Counted from the stretch's first letter, positions 25,340 through 34,543 are shown. The stretch is 59,641 bases of DNA from Phycisphaerae bacterium (GCA_014379105.1 JACMML010000038.1:1-59641), one strand, 5' to 3'. Notes: generated from the letters alone by a model not told the origin. Made by a program: numbers and translations.

Positions 25340-28300
25340 CTATGCAAGGCGGACAACCTCACTTGCCTCCGTTGTCACCACCTCGTCCGGCACCACCTTG
25401 AACAGCTTCTTACTTTCGTCAACGTAGTCTTTCATGCGCAGCGGGCTGAGGGATCGCCATTGCAGGAACTGTTTGCGGAGTTCGGTCAGGAAGCTGCGGT
25501 TCATGCGCCACCAGCTGCCGTCGTCGCCGCTGAGGCGCTGGAGGACGACCTGCACTTCGTAGATGTCGGGGAATTCGCCGGGGTGGATCAGCAGAAGCAG
25601 GTGCTGGCGGACGCCGAGATCGAACGGGGTGAGCCAGATCACCGTCTTGAGCCCGCGCGTGGGTTTGCCGTCGCCGCTTTGGCCTGAGAAGGCCTCGATC
25701 TTTCCGGCGCTGAATTTGCCGATCGACCCTTCCTGATGCGCCTCGAAAAACTCGGCAAGGTACGCGACGACGCCTTGCGCGGCGGTGCGGTTAATCGTGA
25801 ACGGGAGCCCGGCGATGATCTGGTCGTCCTTCGGCGCCGGGACGCGCCAGCTTCGCTCGATGCTCGGGGCGGCGATCTTGCTGGCGAGCCTGGCCGGGAC
25901 CAGCGCCGACAGCAGGACGATCAGCAGGATCAGACCCATCGTCATCATCGCGCTGGTGCCAGAATAGTTCATCGTGACATTGCCCAGCCAGCCGAGCTTG
26001 AGCAGCGCGGTGCCGGCGCCCTGGCCGATGATATAGCCGAAGACTGAGCCGATCAGGCCGTACGTCAGCGCCTCGGCGACGAAGAGCACGCCTACGTGAA
26101 ATGGCGCTAGTCCGAGTGAGGTATAGACGTGGATCTCACGCCGCCGCTCGGCGATGGAGCCCATCATCGTGTTGAAGATGATCAACCCGCCGATCGCAAG
26201 CGGAATCGCGACATTCGCCCCGCCGCCGATGCTGGAAAGATTGCTGGCGGACACCAGCTTCACGCCGTCGCTGTAACCGGCGAAGGTCGCCAGTGCGAAG
26301 CGTTTGGTCATGTCATCCACTATCGCTTTAACCTTCGCATCCCGATCGGCGGGCTTGTCGTCATCGGCCGCGACGCGGACGCCGACGGTGCGCAGCGTCG
26401 TATTCTCCAGCCGCTTGCTGATCGCGGCCGGCACGATCGCGAACTGCGTGGAGGGCAGGTGCTCGTAAGTCGCCGACGCCTCGGCGGCGGATGAATTTGC
26501 ATCGAGATCGAGCGTGTTGGCGTCATTCCCGTCGGTGAGCTTGCGGCCGCTGGCATCGAGCGCGCCGGAGCTGTATTTCAGCGGCGCGATCGATTCTCCG
26601 GAAAGCGTATTCACGCGCTGGTCAAAATCATTAGCGTCATACGTGCCGGCGATTTCCAGCTGCATCCCCGCGATCTGCAGCTTGCCGCCGACCTTCAGCT
26701 TCATCTGGTCCAGCGTGGATTGCGAGAGATAGACGATGTTGGTCTCGCCGTTCTCGAGCCGGTCAAAATTAGTGATGACCTGGCTGATCGGCGAGAGCAA
26801 GCTTTCACCAGGCGAGAGCCCGAGCATCGCCTGCACCGGAACCACGCGGGCGGCCGCGCCGTCGATCCCGACGCCGCCGGCAACCAGATGCACCTGGTCC
26901 TTGGTGTCGCCGGCGTTGAGCGTCCACCAGCGCTGTACGAACGTCTGGCCGACATACGCCGACTTCAGCGAATCAATCGCCTCAACCGGCATCGATCGGA
27001 AACCGCGCTGCCGCAGCAGCAAACCGGGATACGTGGCATCAACGCCGGTCGGCAGGGAGATCGTGCTTTGGTAGCGGCTGGCCGACGTGAAACACAGGAC
27101 CGCGAACGTGATCAGCACCACCGTGATGCTCGTCAGCGCCGTGCGGAACTTGCGGCGGCGCATGTTCGCGATGCCGAGCATCACCGCGCTCATCAGCACG
27201 CTCGCGCTGGCAATGCTCGCCCCGTCGGACGTGCCGCGGCCGGAGCGGAGGCGCTTTAGCTCGGTATCGAATTTCCCGTACACCACGCTGATGACGATCA
27301 GCGACATCAACACGATCGCGAACGCAAGAATGATGATCAGCGGACTGGAGCTGATCTTAAATGCCGGGTGAAACATCCACAGCGCCGCGGCCATCAGCGC
27401 GAAGATGCCTGATGCGTAGGCGATCTGGCGATAGATGCTCGGCGTGCCGATCACCAGGCGCTCCATGCAGAACGCAAACGGCACCGACAGCAGCAGCAGG
27501 AAGATCGCGGCATAGATCACGTCATTGGCCATCTTCTGCACCGCGTCGTAGACGCGCGCTTCGTCGGCCCAACCGCCGGTGGCGTTACGCATCATGCCGT
27601 CGGCATCGTCGGCCTGGAGCAGTTTTTTGGCGGTGTCGATTTGCGCCGCGGCGTTGCCGTGCATCGTGTCAATCAGCGTGCTGCTGACGCCGGCCTTACG
27701 GTATTGTTCGATGCGCGATTCATTGAGCCGCCAGAAATCGGTCGCGGTGACCAGCGCGATCGGACCCAGCCGACTGAGCTCCTTAACCAGGTAGCCGTCC
27801 CCTTCGCCGCGAGCGCCTTCCTGCTGGCGCGGCTTGTTGGCTTCGGGCATGTTGAGCAGTGCGATGCGGTTCCCGATTCGGCCATACCGAAACAGCAGAT
27901 ACGCGCGCGATCCCGGCTCCAGCGCCCCGGCCATCATCTGGTTGTAGAGCGCGGCGTTGAATCGCTGCGGCTCGGAGTTGCGCCGGGCATCCATCAGCTG
28001 CACTTCGCCGAGCGATTGCAGAAAGCGCGGGTCATAGAGCCCAAGCAGTGTGTATTCCTGACAATCGAAAACGACCGATTTAAGCGGCACGATCGTCTGG
28101 TCGAGGTTGACAGTCTGCTTGAGGTCCGCCGCCTGCTTGCCGAGGTCGGTGCAGGAGAGGATAGCGCCGGTGCCGGGCTCGAAGCGGTAGACGTTGACCG
28201 CCATCAGCTTCAGATCGCCGACGCGCGGCAGGCCTTCAAATTCATACCGGCCTTCCGAATCGCAATTCACGATTTCCAATCGCCGCACGCCCACCGCATA

Positions 28301-30397
28301 CGGCATCCATCGCACGGGCGGAATTTTCCGCACGGACGTGATGTATTCGTAGGTCGCGATAAACCCGTCGCGCGGCAGGTCAGGGATCGGCTTGCCCGAT
28401 GCGGTGGAGACGACTTGGACTTTAAAGTCGTTGATGTTCCGGCGGTATTCCGGTTGGCCGAGGAATTTGGGGTCGTCCCACGCCTGGCGCAGCAGATCGA
28501 GCACCGCGGCGGCCTGGAGCTTGATCGAATCGAGCCTGAGATTCGCCAGCGTGTCGGCCGGGGTGTCGCGGCGCGGGCGCAGGTCTTCCAGCGTCGCCAT
28601 TGTGAACGCGGGAATTCCCCACGGCACGCCGACTTCCACCGGCAGCCCGATCGGCGCGGTAAGATAGGAGACCGGCGTTCGCGTGAGCTTCAGCGGCTCA
28701 AAATCCATCACCTTCGCCAGCGGCTTGAACCATGCCGCCGCCGTCTCGGGCTTGCCATTGCCGGCCGCTTTTTCGAACCATTCGCGATGTTCCTGAATCT
28801 GCGTAATCGCCGACTGCTTCGCCACCGCGCCCCAGTACACCGGCCCGACGCGCTGGCCCATGTCCGCCAAGTCCAGGCCAACCATCAGCTCGATCAGGCG
28901 GTCATCGTTGTTTCGCGGATTCGGGTCGTTGCTGCGTTGGACCGAGCCGGGCAGATCGTCATTCAGGTTCTTCGCCAGCCACTGGTAAAGCTCGATGCGT
29001 CGCTCGAGTTGCTGCTTACGGTGCTGCCACTGCTGGAGCAGGCCTTCGGTGCCGGACGTGTCGCCGAGCCGCGTCATCACGCGCTGGAGCATCGCCGGCG
29101 CGTCCTGCCCGAATTCGGCAAGGGATTTAGGGCTCGCGGTGACATGGAAGCGGATCTGCCCCAGGCGAATCAATCGCGACTGGACGTCGTCAATCTGTTT
29201 GCGCTTCGCGTCATCGAGTTGCTCCGCCGGCAACACGCGGAGGCGAAACAGCTCGTCCTGACCCAGCGCAACGTCGGTTTCGATGACCTTAATGATGCGG
29301 TTGATCAGCGTGCGATGTCGGACGATATCCAGCCAGGTGGGATCGCCATTCAATCCGCGCGCGAGGGAGAGATCGTGCTCGATCGCTTTAAGCTGCGGGT
29401 CCGCCTCTTCGTCAATTTTTCCCTGCCAGGGACGCGGCGCATCGCCCAGGGCCATCATCATCTGGCGCGAGCCCATGAGGTTGTAGGCATCAGCACCGGT
29501 GAACGCGACCATCACCGGTCGCCGTGGCGGGTTGTTGGCAAAGTCGCGTAGCATTTCCAGCGCCGCCGCGGTCTGCACCGCCTGGCCGGCCGCGGGGGAC
29601 AGGTCGTACGCGACGCCGGTTGCGTCAAACGGCGCGACGATCGTCAGCGCCGCCCACGCCTTGCCGGCATTCCCGCGCTCGAAGCTGGCCGGCAGCGGGT
29701 TTTTCGGAGAAACGTACGCGTAAAGATTCGACGCCTTCACGCGTTTCCAACTCGCAGACACCTTCAGATATCCGTCGGCCACGCCGGAGGACCGCATCTG
29801 CTCGGCAAATCCGTCGTCGCCGACAAAGAACCTCGGCAAGTTCACGGCGATCGGCAACTCGTGCGATCGCATCTCCAGTTGAGACAGATCCTTCGACCCG
29901 ATGATGATGACTGCGCGGGCACCGAAGTAGAACAGGTTGCGCCACTTGTCCTTGGCGGATGATTCCACCACCGCGATGTTGCCGTCGATCAGCGTCGGCT
30001 TGAGCTCTTTGTATTCGGCCGTTCCGCAATAGACGAGCTTGCCGGTAAGCCCTTCGGCGGGCGTCGTATTCAGGCGCACGCCGGCCGGGAAAAGTGGGAA
30101 AACCGGGACGCTTCGTCCGGCGATCGTCAGCGTTGCTTCGGTCGTCTGCGGCACGAGCATGTCGAACTCATGCACCTGCAGTTTTACGCCGGGCAATGCG
30201 CGGATTTCGGTTGTGAGATAGTTGAGTGCCGCGTTATATCCAGGCGATCCGGCGCTCCGCGTGCTCGGCGCGGCAAGTGCCTGTAAATCGCGGGAAAATC
30301 GCTCGCCGTCAAACGCCGCGTGGACGGTGGCCGCGAGCCCGAGCAGGCCCAGCAGAACCAGTCGCATTAACGTGGCCGGGCGATTGATCATCAGCAT
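25340..30397 (-). CDS. Giant fused double-FtsX (MacB-type) permease with ~1000-aa PA/M28-like ectodomain
   Basis: Start moved to ATG 30397 (MLMINRPATLMRLVLLGLLGLAATVHA signal/anchor). PA-like block GKLVYCG...GNIAVVESS...GARAVIIIGS. M28-like blocks TIVAPFDATG, SPAAGQAVQTAAALEMLRDF, VMVAFTGADAYNLMGSRQ. Three TMs follow, then RRRKFRTALTSITVVLITFAVLCF, a ~330-aa ectodomain and an FtsX module (IIFNTMMGSIAERRREIHVYTSLGL). A ~190-aa C-terminal soluble tail completes the protein. Confidence 0.88.
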   Translation of the reverse strand: MLMINRPATLMRLVLLGLLGLAATVHAAFDGERFSRDLQALAAPSTRSAGSPGYNAALNYLTTEIRALPGVKLQVHEFDMLVPQTTEATLTIAGRSVPVFPLFPAGVRLNTTPAEGLTGKLVYCGTAEYKELKPTLIDGNIAVVESSAKDKWRNLFYFGARAVIIIGSKDLSQLEMRSHELPIAVNLPRFFVGDDGFAEQMRSSGVADGYLKVSASWKRVKASNLYAYVSPKNPLPASFERGNAGKAWAALTIVAPFDATGVAYDLSPAAGQAVQTAAALEMLRDFANNPPRRPVMVAFTGADAYNLMGSRQMMMALGDAPRPWQGKIDEEADPQLKAIEHDLSLARGLNGDPTWLDIVRHRTLINRIIKVIETDVALGQDELFRLRVLPAEQLDDAKRKQIDDVQSRLIRLGQIRFHVTASPKSLAEFGQDAPAMLQRVMTRLGDTSGTEGLLQQWQHRKQQLERRIELYQWLAKNLNDDLPGSVQRSNDPNPRNNDDRLIELMVGLDLADMGQRVGPVYWGAVAKQSAITQIQEHREWFEKAAGNGKPETAAAWFKPLAKVMDFEPLKLTRTPVSYLTAPIGLPVEVGVPWGIPAFTMATLEDLRPRRDTPADTLANLRLDSIKLQAAAVLDLLRQAWDDPKFLGQPEYRRNINDFKVQVVSTASGKPIPDLPRDGFIATYEYITSVRKIPPVRWMPYAVGVRRLEIVNCDSEGRYEFEGLPRVGDLKLMAVNVYRFEPGTGAILSCTDLGKQAADLKQTVNLDQTIVPLKSVVFDCQEYTLLGLYDPRFLQSLGEVQLMDARRNSEPQRFNAALYNQMMAGALEPGSRAYLLFRYGRIGNRIALLNMPEANKPRQQEGARGEGDGYLVKELSRLGPIALVTATDFWRLNESRIEQYRKAGVSSTLIDTMHGNAAAQIDTAKKLLQADDADGMMRNATGGWADEARVYDAVQKMANDVIYAAIFLLLLSVPFAFCMERLVIGTPSIYRQIAYASGIFALMAAALWMFHPAFKISSSPLIIILAFAIVLMSLIVISVVYGKFDTELKRLRSGRGTSDGASIASASVLMSAVMLGIANMRRRKFRTALTSITVVLITFAVLCFTSASRYQSTISLPTGVDATYPGLLLRQRGFRSMPVEAIDSLKSAYVGQTFVQRWWTLNAGDTKDQVHLVAGGVGIDGAAARVVPVQAMLGLSPGESLLSPISQVITNFDRLENGETNIVYLSQSTLDQMKLKVGGKLQIAGMQLEIAGTYDANDFDQRVNTLSGESIAPLKYSSGALDASGRKLTDGNDANTLDLDANSSAAEASATYEHLPSTQFAIVPAAISKRLENTTLRTVGVRVAADDDKPADRDAKVKAIVDDMTKRFALATFAGYSDGVKLVSASNLSSIGGGANVAIPLAIGGLIIFNTMMGSIAERRREIHVYTSLGLAPFHVGVLFVAEALTYGLIGSVFGYIIGQGAGTALLKLGWLGNVTMNYSGTSAMMTMGLILLIVLLSALVPARLASKIAAPSIERSWRVPAPKDDQIIAGLPFTINRTAAQGVVAYLAEFFEAHQEGSIGKFSAGKIEAFSGQSGDGKPTRGLKTVIWLTPFDLGVRQHLLLLIHPGEFPDIYEVQVVLQRLSGDDGSWWRMNRSFLTELRKQFLQWRSLSPLRMKDYVDESKKLFKVVPDEVVTTEASEVVRLA

Positions 30398-30626
30398 TTG
30401 ACCTGGGGCAACGACTAAGGCAGGCGCCAACCCGCCGATGGTCCGGCGATTATGCCGGGTAAAGGGGTAAATGCAAAACAGTAACGACTTTGCACGCATC
30501 GACGCGCCCGTGATTTTGCGTCCCGCAATGGCTTGCAAATCGACTTACGCATGTAGAGAATCTTCCCGCATCACCGGTGCGGAGCCGGCGACGCCACTTC
30601 GGGGATTTTTGATCTGGGACCACCGC

Positions 30627-31637
30627 ATGATCGCACTCACGACCGCCGTTACCTTGCTTGCGCTAACAACATTCACCGCGATCGCCGTCGCGCAGGACAC
30701 GCCGTCGTCGTCAACAGCGCCCACCACGATACCGGCCGCGTTGCCGGGCAACGGGCTCAGTCAGCACGATTTTCTCTACGCCGGCGAATGGGACACGCGC
30801 AAACCCGTCCAGACGGCGTTCATCATCCGCGGCGGCAAGGTCGTGTGGAGTTTTGAGATTCCCTCGAAGAAGGGTGAGATCAGCGACGCCTCGCTGCTCA
30901 GCAATGGCAACGTCATCATCGGGCACCAGCACGGCGCGCTGGTCGTCACGCAGGATAAGAAAGTCATTTGGACCTACGAATGCCCGCCGGGTACGGAAGT
31001 GCACACGATCCAGGCGATCGGCCTGGATAAGGTGATGATCTTCAGCAACGGCCCGGATCCCAAAGTCATGCTGTTTGATATCAAGACCAACGCGGTGGAG
31101 AGCAGTTTCTCGGTCCCGGTCGGCAATCTAAAAAGCACGCACGGCCAATGCCGGCACATGCGGATCACGCCGGGCAATACACTGCTGATCGCACACATGG
31201 ACAACAAAGAGATCGGCGAATACACGCTGGACGGCAAGAAGATCGGCTCGACCATGCTCGAAGGCGGCGTTTGGTCAGCCGTGCGGCTTCGCAGCGGAAA
31301 TACGCTGGCCAGCACGAAGAAGACGCAGATCGTCGAACTCGATCCGTCCGGCAAAATCGTGTGGGAACTCGCGCCTTCCGACATCCCCGAGATCAAGCTC
31401 CACAACATTCAGGAAGTCGCGCGGCTCGACAATGGCAACACCGTCTTCACCAATTGGGTTCCCGGCAGCGCCAAGGCGCCGCAGTGGCCGGGCACGGTGC
31501 AGGTGGTGGAGGTGACGCCGTCGAAGAAAGTTGTCTGGGCGCTGAGCGAGTGGTCCGATCCCGACCTCGGCCCGGCGACGTGCATCCAGTTGCTCGATCA
31601 ATCCGGCAAGGCCGAGGAACACACGATCCAGCGGTGA
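30627..31637 (+). CDS. Secreted beta-propeller repeat protein
   Basis: Start moved to ATG 30627 (MIALTTAVTLLALTTFTAIAVAQ signal peptide). Recurrent blade-like motifs are present (GGKVVWSF, DKKVIWTY, SGKIVWEL, SKKVVWAL). Confidence 0.75.
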   Translation: MIALTTAVTLLALTTFTAIAVAQDTPSSSTAPTTIPAALPGNGLSQHDFLYAGEWDTRKPVQTAFIIRGGKVVWSFEIPSKKGEISDASLLSNGNVIIGHQHGALVVTQDKKVIWTYECPPGTEVHTIQAIGLDKVMIFSNGPDPKVMLFDIKTNAVESSFSVPVGNLKSTHGQCRHMRITPGNTLLIAHMDNKEIGEYTLDGKKIGSTMLEGGVWSAVRLRSGNTLASTKKTQIVELDPSGKIVWELAPSDIPEIKLHNIQEVARLDNGNTVFTNWVPGSAKAPQWPGTVQVVEVTPSKKVVWALSEWSDPDLGPATCIQLLDQSGKAEEHTIQR

Positions 31638-31832
31638 GCGCGGCGCGCGTCAATGACGTCGCTCAATCAGCAATCAGAATCTCTCCCGGCGATCTCTTGA
31701 AGTCTGATGGGAAATCGTGACGATACATTACAGCCGGTTTAACCCGGCGGCTGGGGCCTTCGAGATCGAGAGGAACTGATCTCGGTTCGGGCACGGCGCA
31801 GTCCCTTCTTTACAAGATAGGATCGTTCAAGG

Positions 31833-32201
31833 ATGAACGCCACCAAGAGCCTGGATGCTCCGATCTATCACCATATGACCCAACAACCCGCCCACGACGC
31901 GACCCGCGCCTCGCTCAGCGACCGCCGCCACTCGCTCCGGGGACCCGTGCAGAGCAAGGCGAAAGTCGCGCTGCTCGACGGGGACAAACCCGGCGTAAAG
32001 CACGACGTGCTGACACGGGATGCGTCGCTCAGCGGAATCTCGTTTCTTCTGCGCGAGAGCTGGCAGGTCGGGCAGCAGTGCGAAATTGAGTTTGAAGCCA
32101 ACGGCCATCCGGCGCGGAAGTATCACGCGGAAGTCGTCCGCTCGCGCCCCATCTCCGCCGGCCGGTTCGAGATGGCCGTGCAGTTTCGTAAGCAGGTCTG
32201 A
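31833..32201 (+). CDS. PilZ domain protein (putative c-di-GMP receptor)
   Basis: 122 aa with RRHSLR (RxxxR) and DASLSGISF (D/NxSxxG) at the spacing typical of PilZ. Confidence 0.8.
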   Translation: MNATKSLDAPIYHHMTQQPAHDATRASLSDRRHSLRGPVQSKAKVALLDGDKPGVKHDVLTRDASLSGISFLLRESWQVGQQCEIEFEANGHPARKYHAEVVRSRPISAGRFEMAVQFRKQV

Positions 32202-32228
32202 TGCCGGCTCAGCGCGGGCGTCGTCGCC

Positions 32229-33173
32229 TCAGCGCGGTCGTCTATAGAGCCGGCCCAGCGCCGGCAGCATCCACCCACCGATATTCGCCAGCGACCACTC
32301 CGGCGTCGGCACGCCTTTCTCGCCGCGAATCAGCGCGCGGCCCGTTATCCCGATGATCCGAAACGGCGCCGCCAGCCGAGTGCGCCATGTCATCCGGGCG
32401 GTCGCGGGATTCGGGCGGAACAGCAGCACGGTGATGTCGTCGCCGGTGATGAGGTTGCCGCAGTGCGATTCGATCGCATGGACAACGCGCGGGATCAGCG
32501 TGGCCGGGTCGGCGATGTCGACAGACTCAACGATCTTCAGCAGCCCGGCCATATCAAGGCACGAGCCGTCGCGGCAGCGGGCCTCCGGCAGCGAATCGGT
32601 GTAGCACATGACCAAGTCATCGCGCTCAAGCTGCACATTAAACTGCTGGTAATCCGCCAGATCGACGATGCCCAGCGGCACGTCGGCGAGATCTTCACCG
32701 ACGTAATCGGCGTGCTCGATGTACCGCCAGCTCTTCTCCTTCGCGCGATACAGCAGCGGCGGCGGGTGACCGGCATTGCACAATGAAAGCGAACACGTCG
32801 GCGCAAAGTACGTGGTCACCACCGCAGTCGCGAACGAGCCGAACGTGGATTGCAGGACGAATTGCTCATTCATCCGGCGGACGAATTTCACCTGATCAAT
32901 GTGATTCACATGCTGGCGCATCAACTGCCGCAGCGAAACCGCCAACTCCGAGACCGCGTTGCCGTGCCCGGACACGTCCGCGACCAGCAGACGTGTAATC
33001 CGCCCGGTCGCGCAACTGGAGACATAATACACATCGCCGCCGCCGTCGGCCTGCTCGTATGGCTTGGAGTAGACCCACGCGTCGAGTCCGGCGAGGCGCA
33101 CGGAGCTGTTCACCGCCTGGTTGCCGCCCCAGACTTCCATGCAAACCAGAGAATGTTCCTCCTCGTCAGCCAT
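32229..33173 (-). CDS. PP2C-type (SpoIIE/RsbU-like) serine phosphatase
   Basis: Start moved to ATG 33173 (MADEEEHSLVCMEVWGGN). GGDVYYV...LLVADVSGHG...ATAVVTTY...LCNAGHPPP...YTDSLPEA are the conserved SpoIIE-family blocks. The 141-aa upstream extension in the ORF track overlaps a better plus-strand gene. Confidence 0.88.
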   Translation of the reverse strand: MADEEEHSLVCMEVWGGNQAVNSSVRLAGLDAWVYSKPYEQADGGGDVYYVSSCATGRITRLLVADVSGHGNAVSELAVSLRQLMRQHVNHIDQVKFVRRMNEQFVLQSTFGSFATAVVTTYFAPTCSLSLCNAGHPPPLLYRAKEKSWRYIEHADYVGEDLADVPLGIVDLADYQQFNVQLERDDLVMCYTDSLPEARCRDGSCLDMAGLLKIVESVDIADPATLIPRVVHAIESHCGNLITGDDITVLLFRPNPATARMTWRTRLAAPFRIIGITGRALIRGEKGVPTPEWSLANIGGWMLPALGRLYRRPR

Positions 33174-33245
33174 CTTGCTCAATCGCGTGGACCCGATTGT
33201 ACGCCAAAGTGGCGCGCCACGGTCGGCCGGGCTAAGATACGCGAC

Positions 33246-33725
33246 ATGCAACGCAGGAAGCTGGATTTCGTGTCGTTCGATCAATTCCGCGACGACGTCC
33301 GCGCCCTTGCCGCCGGGCCGTACGACCGCGCCGGGCAATGGTCGCTGGCGCAGGCGGCCGATCACATCGCGATGTTTCTGGAAATGTCGATGGAAGGCTT
33401 TAGCGTGCGGGTGCCGTGGTATCTCCGCATCGGCGGCCGACCGATGAAGTGGATCACGCTGCGTCGCCGATCGATCCCATCGGGTATCAAAGGACCGCCC
33501 GGGCTGATGCCTCCCGAGGGGCGGACCGACAAAGAGGCCGCCGAGCGGCTTTTGGGCGCGATCGCGCGCTACACCGCTCATACCCAGCCGCTGCACCCGA
33601 GCCCGCTATTTGGACGTCTGCCGCGAGAAGAATGGGACCAGATTCATCTGATCCACGCGGCCCATCATTTCAGTTTCCTGATTCCCGGGCAGCCGATCGT
33701 CACACCCGCGGCAGGACGACCGTAA
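33246..33725 (+). CDS. DUF1569/DinB-superfamily protein
   Basis: Start moved to ATG 33246. The C-terminal block HPSPLFGRLPREEWDQIHLIHAAHHFSFL matches the DUF1569 signature (HP.fG.l...eW...h..H..HH). Confidence 0.7.
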   Translation: MQRRKLDFVSFDQFRDDVRALAAGPYDRAGQWSLAQAADHIAMFLEMSMEGFSVRVPWYLRIGGRPMKWITLRRRSIPSGIKGPPGLMPPEGRTDKEAAERLLGAIARYTAHTQPLHPSPLFGRLPREEWDQIHLIHAAHHFSFLIPGQPIVTPAAGRP

Positions 33726-34497
33726 ATGTCGTCCCACGCCCGACTTCGCTCTGCACTTCGATCCGCCCGCCATGATGCTCGATGATTTCGCGGCAGATCG
33801 CCAGACCCAGCCCGGTCCCGCGCGGCTCGCCGCGGCGGGCGGTGCCTTTGGTGGTGAAGAACGGATCGAAGATGCGCGGCAGATTTTTCTCCGCAATCCC
33901 TGAACCCGTGTCGCTCACGCAGATGCGCGCTTCGGTATCCTCAGCCGTCGCTTTGATTGTCAGTGATCCGCCGCTCTTTCCGGTCATCGCCTGGCGCGCG
34001 TTGATGAGCAGATTCAACAGCACCTGCTCCAACTGCACGGGATCGGCATCGACTCGCAGGTCCGGCGGCACTTGCACGCGCAGCGCGATCCCGTCTTTCT
34101 GAGGGTCGCGGGCCATCACCAGTAGTGTCTCATCGACAATCGTCTGTACAAGGCACGTGCTCGTCTGCGATTCGCCACGGGCAAGCCCGAGCATCGACGT
34201 GCATATCCGCCCGGCCTTGGTCGCGCCGGCAAAGCTCTTGGATAGGGCTTTTTTGATCAGCTCCGCATCCGGCTTCTCACTCTCAGCCGACTGCAAGGCG
34301 TATTGGGAGTAGCTGATAATCGGCGTCAGGATGTTATTAAACTCATGCGCGATCACCGCCGCGATCGTGCCGATGGTCGCGAGACGCTGCGACTGCGTCA
34401 GTTGCTCTTTCAAAAGCGACAAATCGCCGGCCGCCTCCAGGAGACGGTCCTCCAGGGCCTTGACGAATTCCGATGGCGGGGCAGATTGGGTACTCAC
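33700..34497 (-). CDS. Soluble orphan sensor histidine kinase (HisKA + HATPase_c only)
   Basis: 265 aa. H-box IAHEFNNILTPI, N-box LLNLLINARQA, G1 DTGSGI, G2 GTGLGLAICREI. No TM or sensor domain, and no response regulator adjacent. Confidence 0.9.
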   Translation of the reverse strand: MSTQSAPPSEFVKALEDRLLEAAGDLSLLKEQLTQSQRLATIGTIAAVIAHEFNNILTPIISYSQYALQSAESEKPDAELIKKALSKSFAGATKAGRICTSMLGLARGESQTSTCLVQTIVDETLLVMARDPQKDGIALRVQVPPDLRVDADPVQLEQVLLNLLINARQAMTGKSGGSLTIKATAEDTEARICVSDTGSGIAEKNLPRIFDPFFTTKGTARRGEPRGTGLGLAICREIIEHHGGRIEVQSEVGRGTTFTVVLPRV

Positions 34498-34543
34498 ACG
34501 TCGTTGATCTATCGGCGTTTACGGCGCGAGGGGATGATGGGGA

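Noticed and set aside
19400-30397. Reading the cluster as a RiPP biosynthetic gene cluster because of the PqqD-like gene.
   Set aside because: No radical-SAM, YcaO, lanthipeptide, lasso-cyclase or protease/maturase gene was found, and no plausible precursor ORF either. The short ORF in the 25160-25340 gap (MTNDETRMTNQIRMTE on the minus strand) is just the translated GAATGACGA word repeat.
32229-33596. N-terminal extensions given by the ORF track: 32229-33596, 25340-30538, 30471-31637, 49461-50738, 54101-55291, 55302-56282, 56292-56921, 19400-20317, 12504-16475, 34636-35931, 41546-42391.
   Set aside because: The extensions are Arg-rich or non-protein-like. They overlap neighbouring genes or repeat elements. 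An internal ATG lies exactly where the recognisable signal peptide or domain begins, often with a GGAG-like element upstream, so those internal starts were used.
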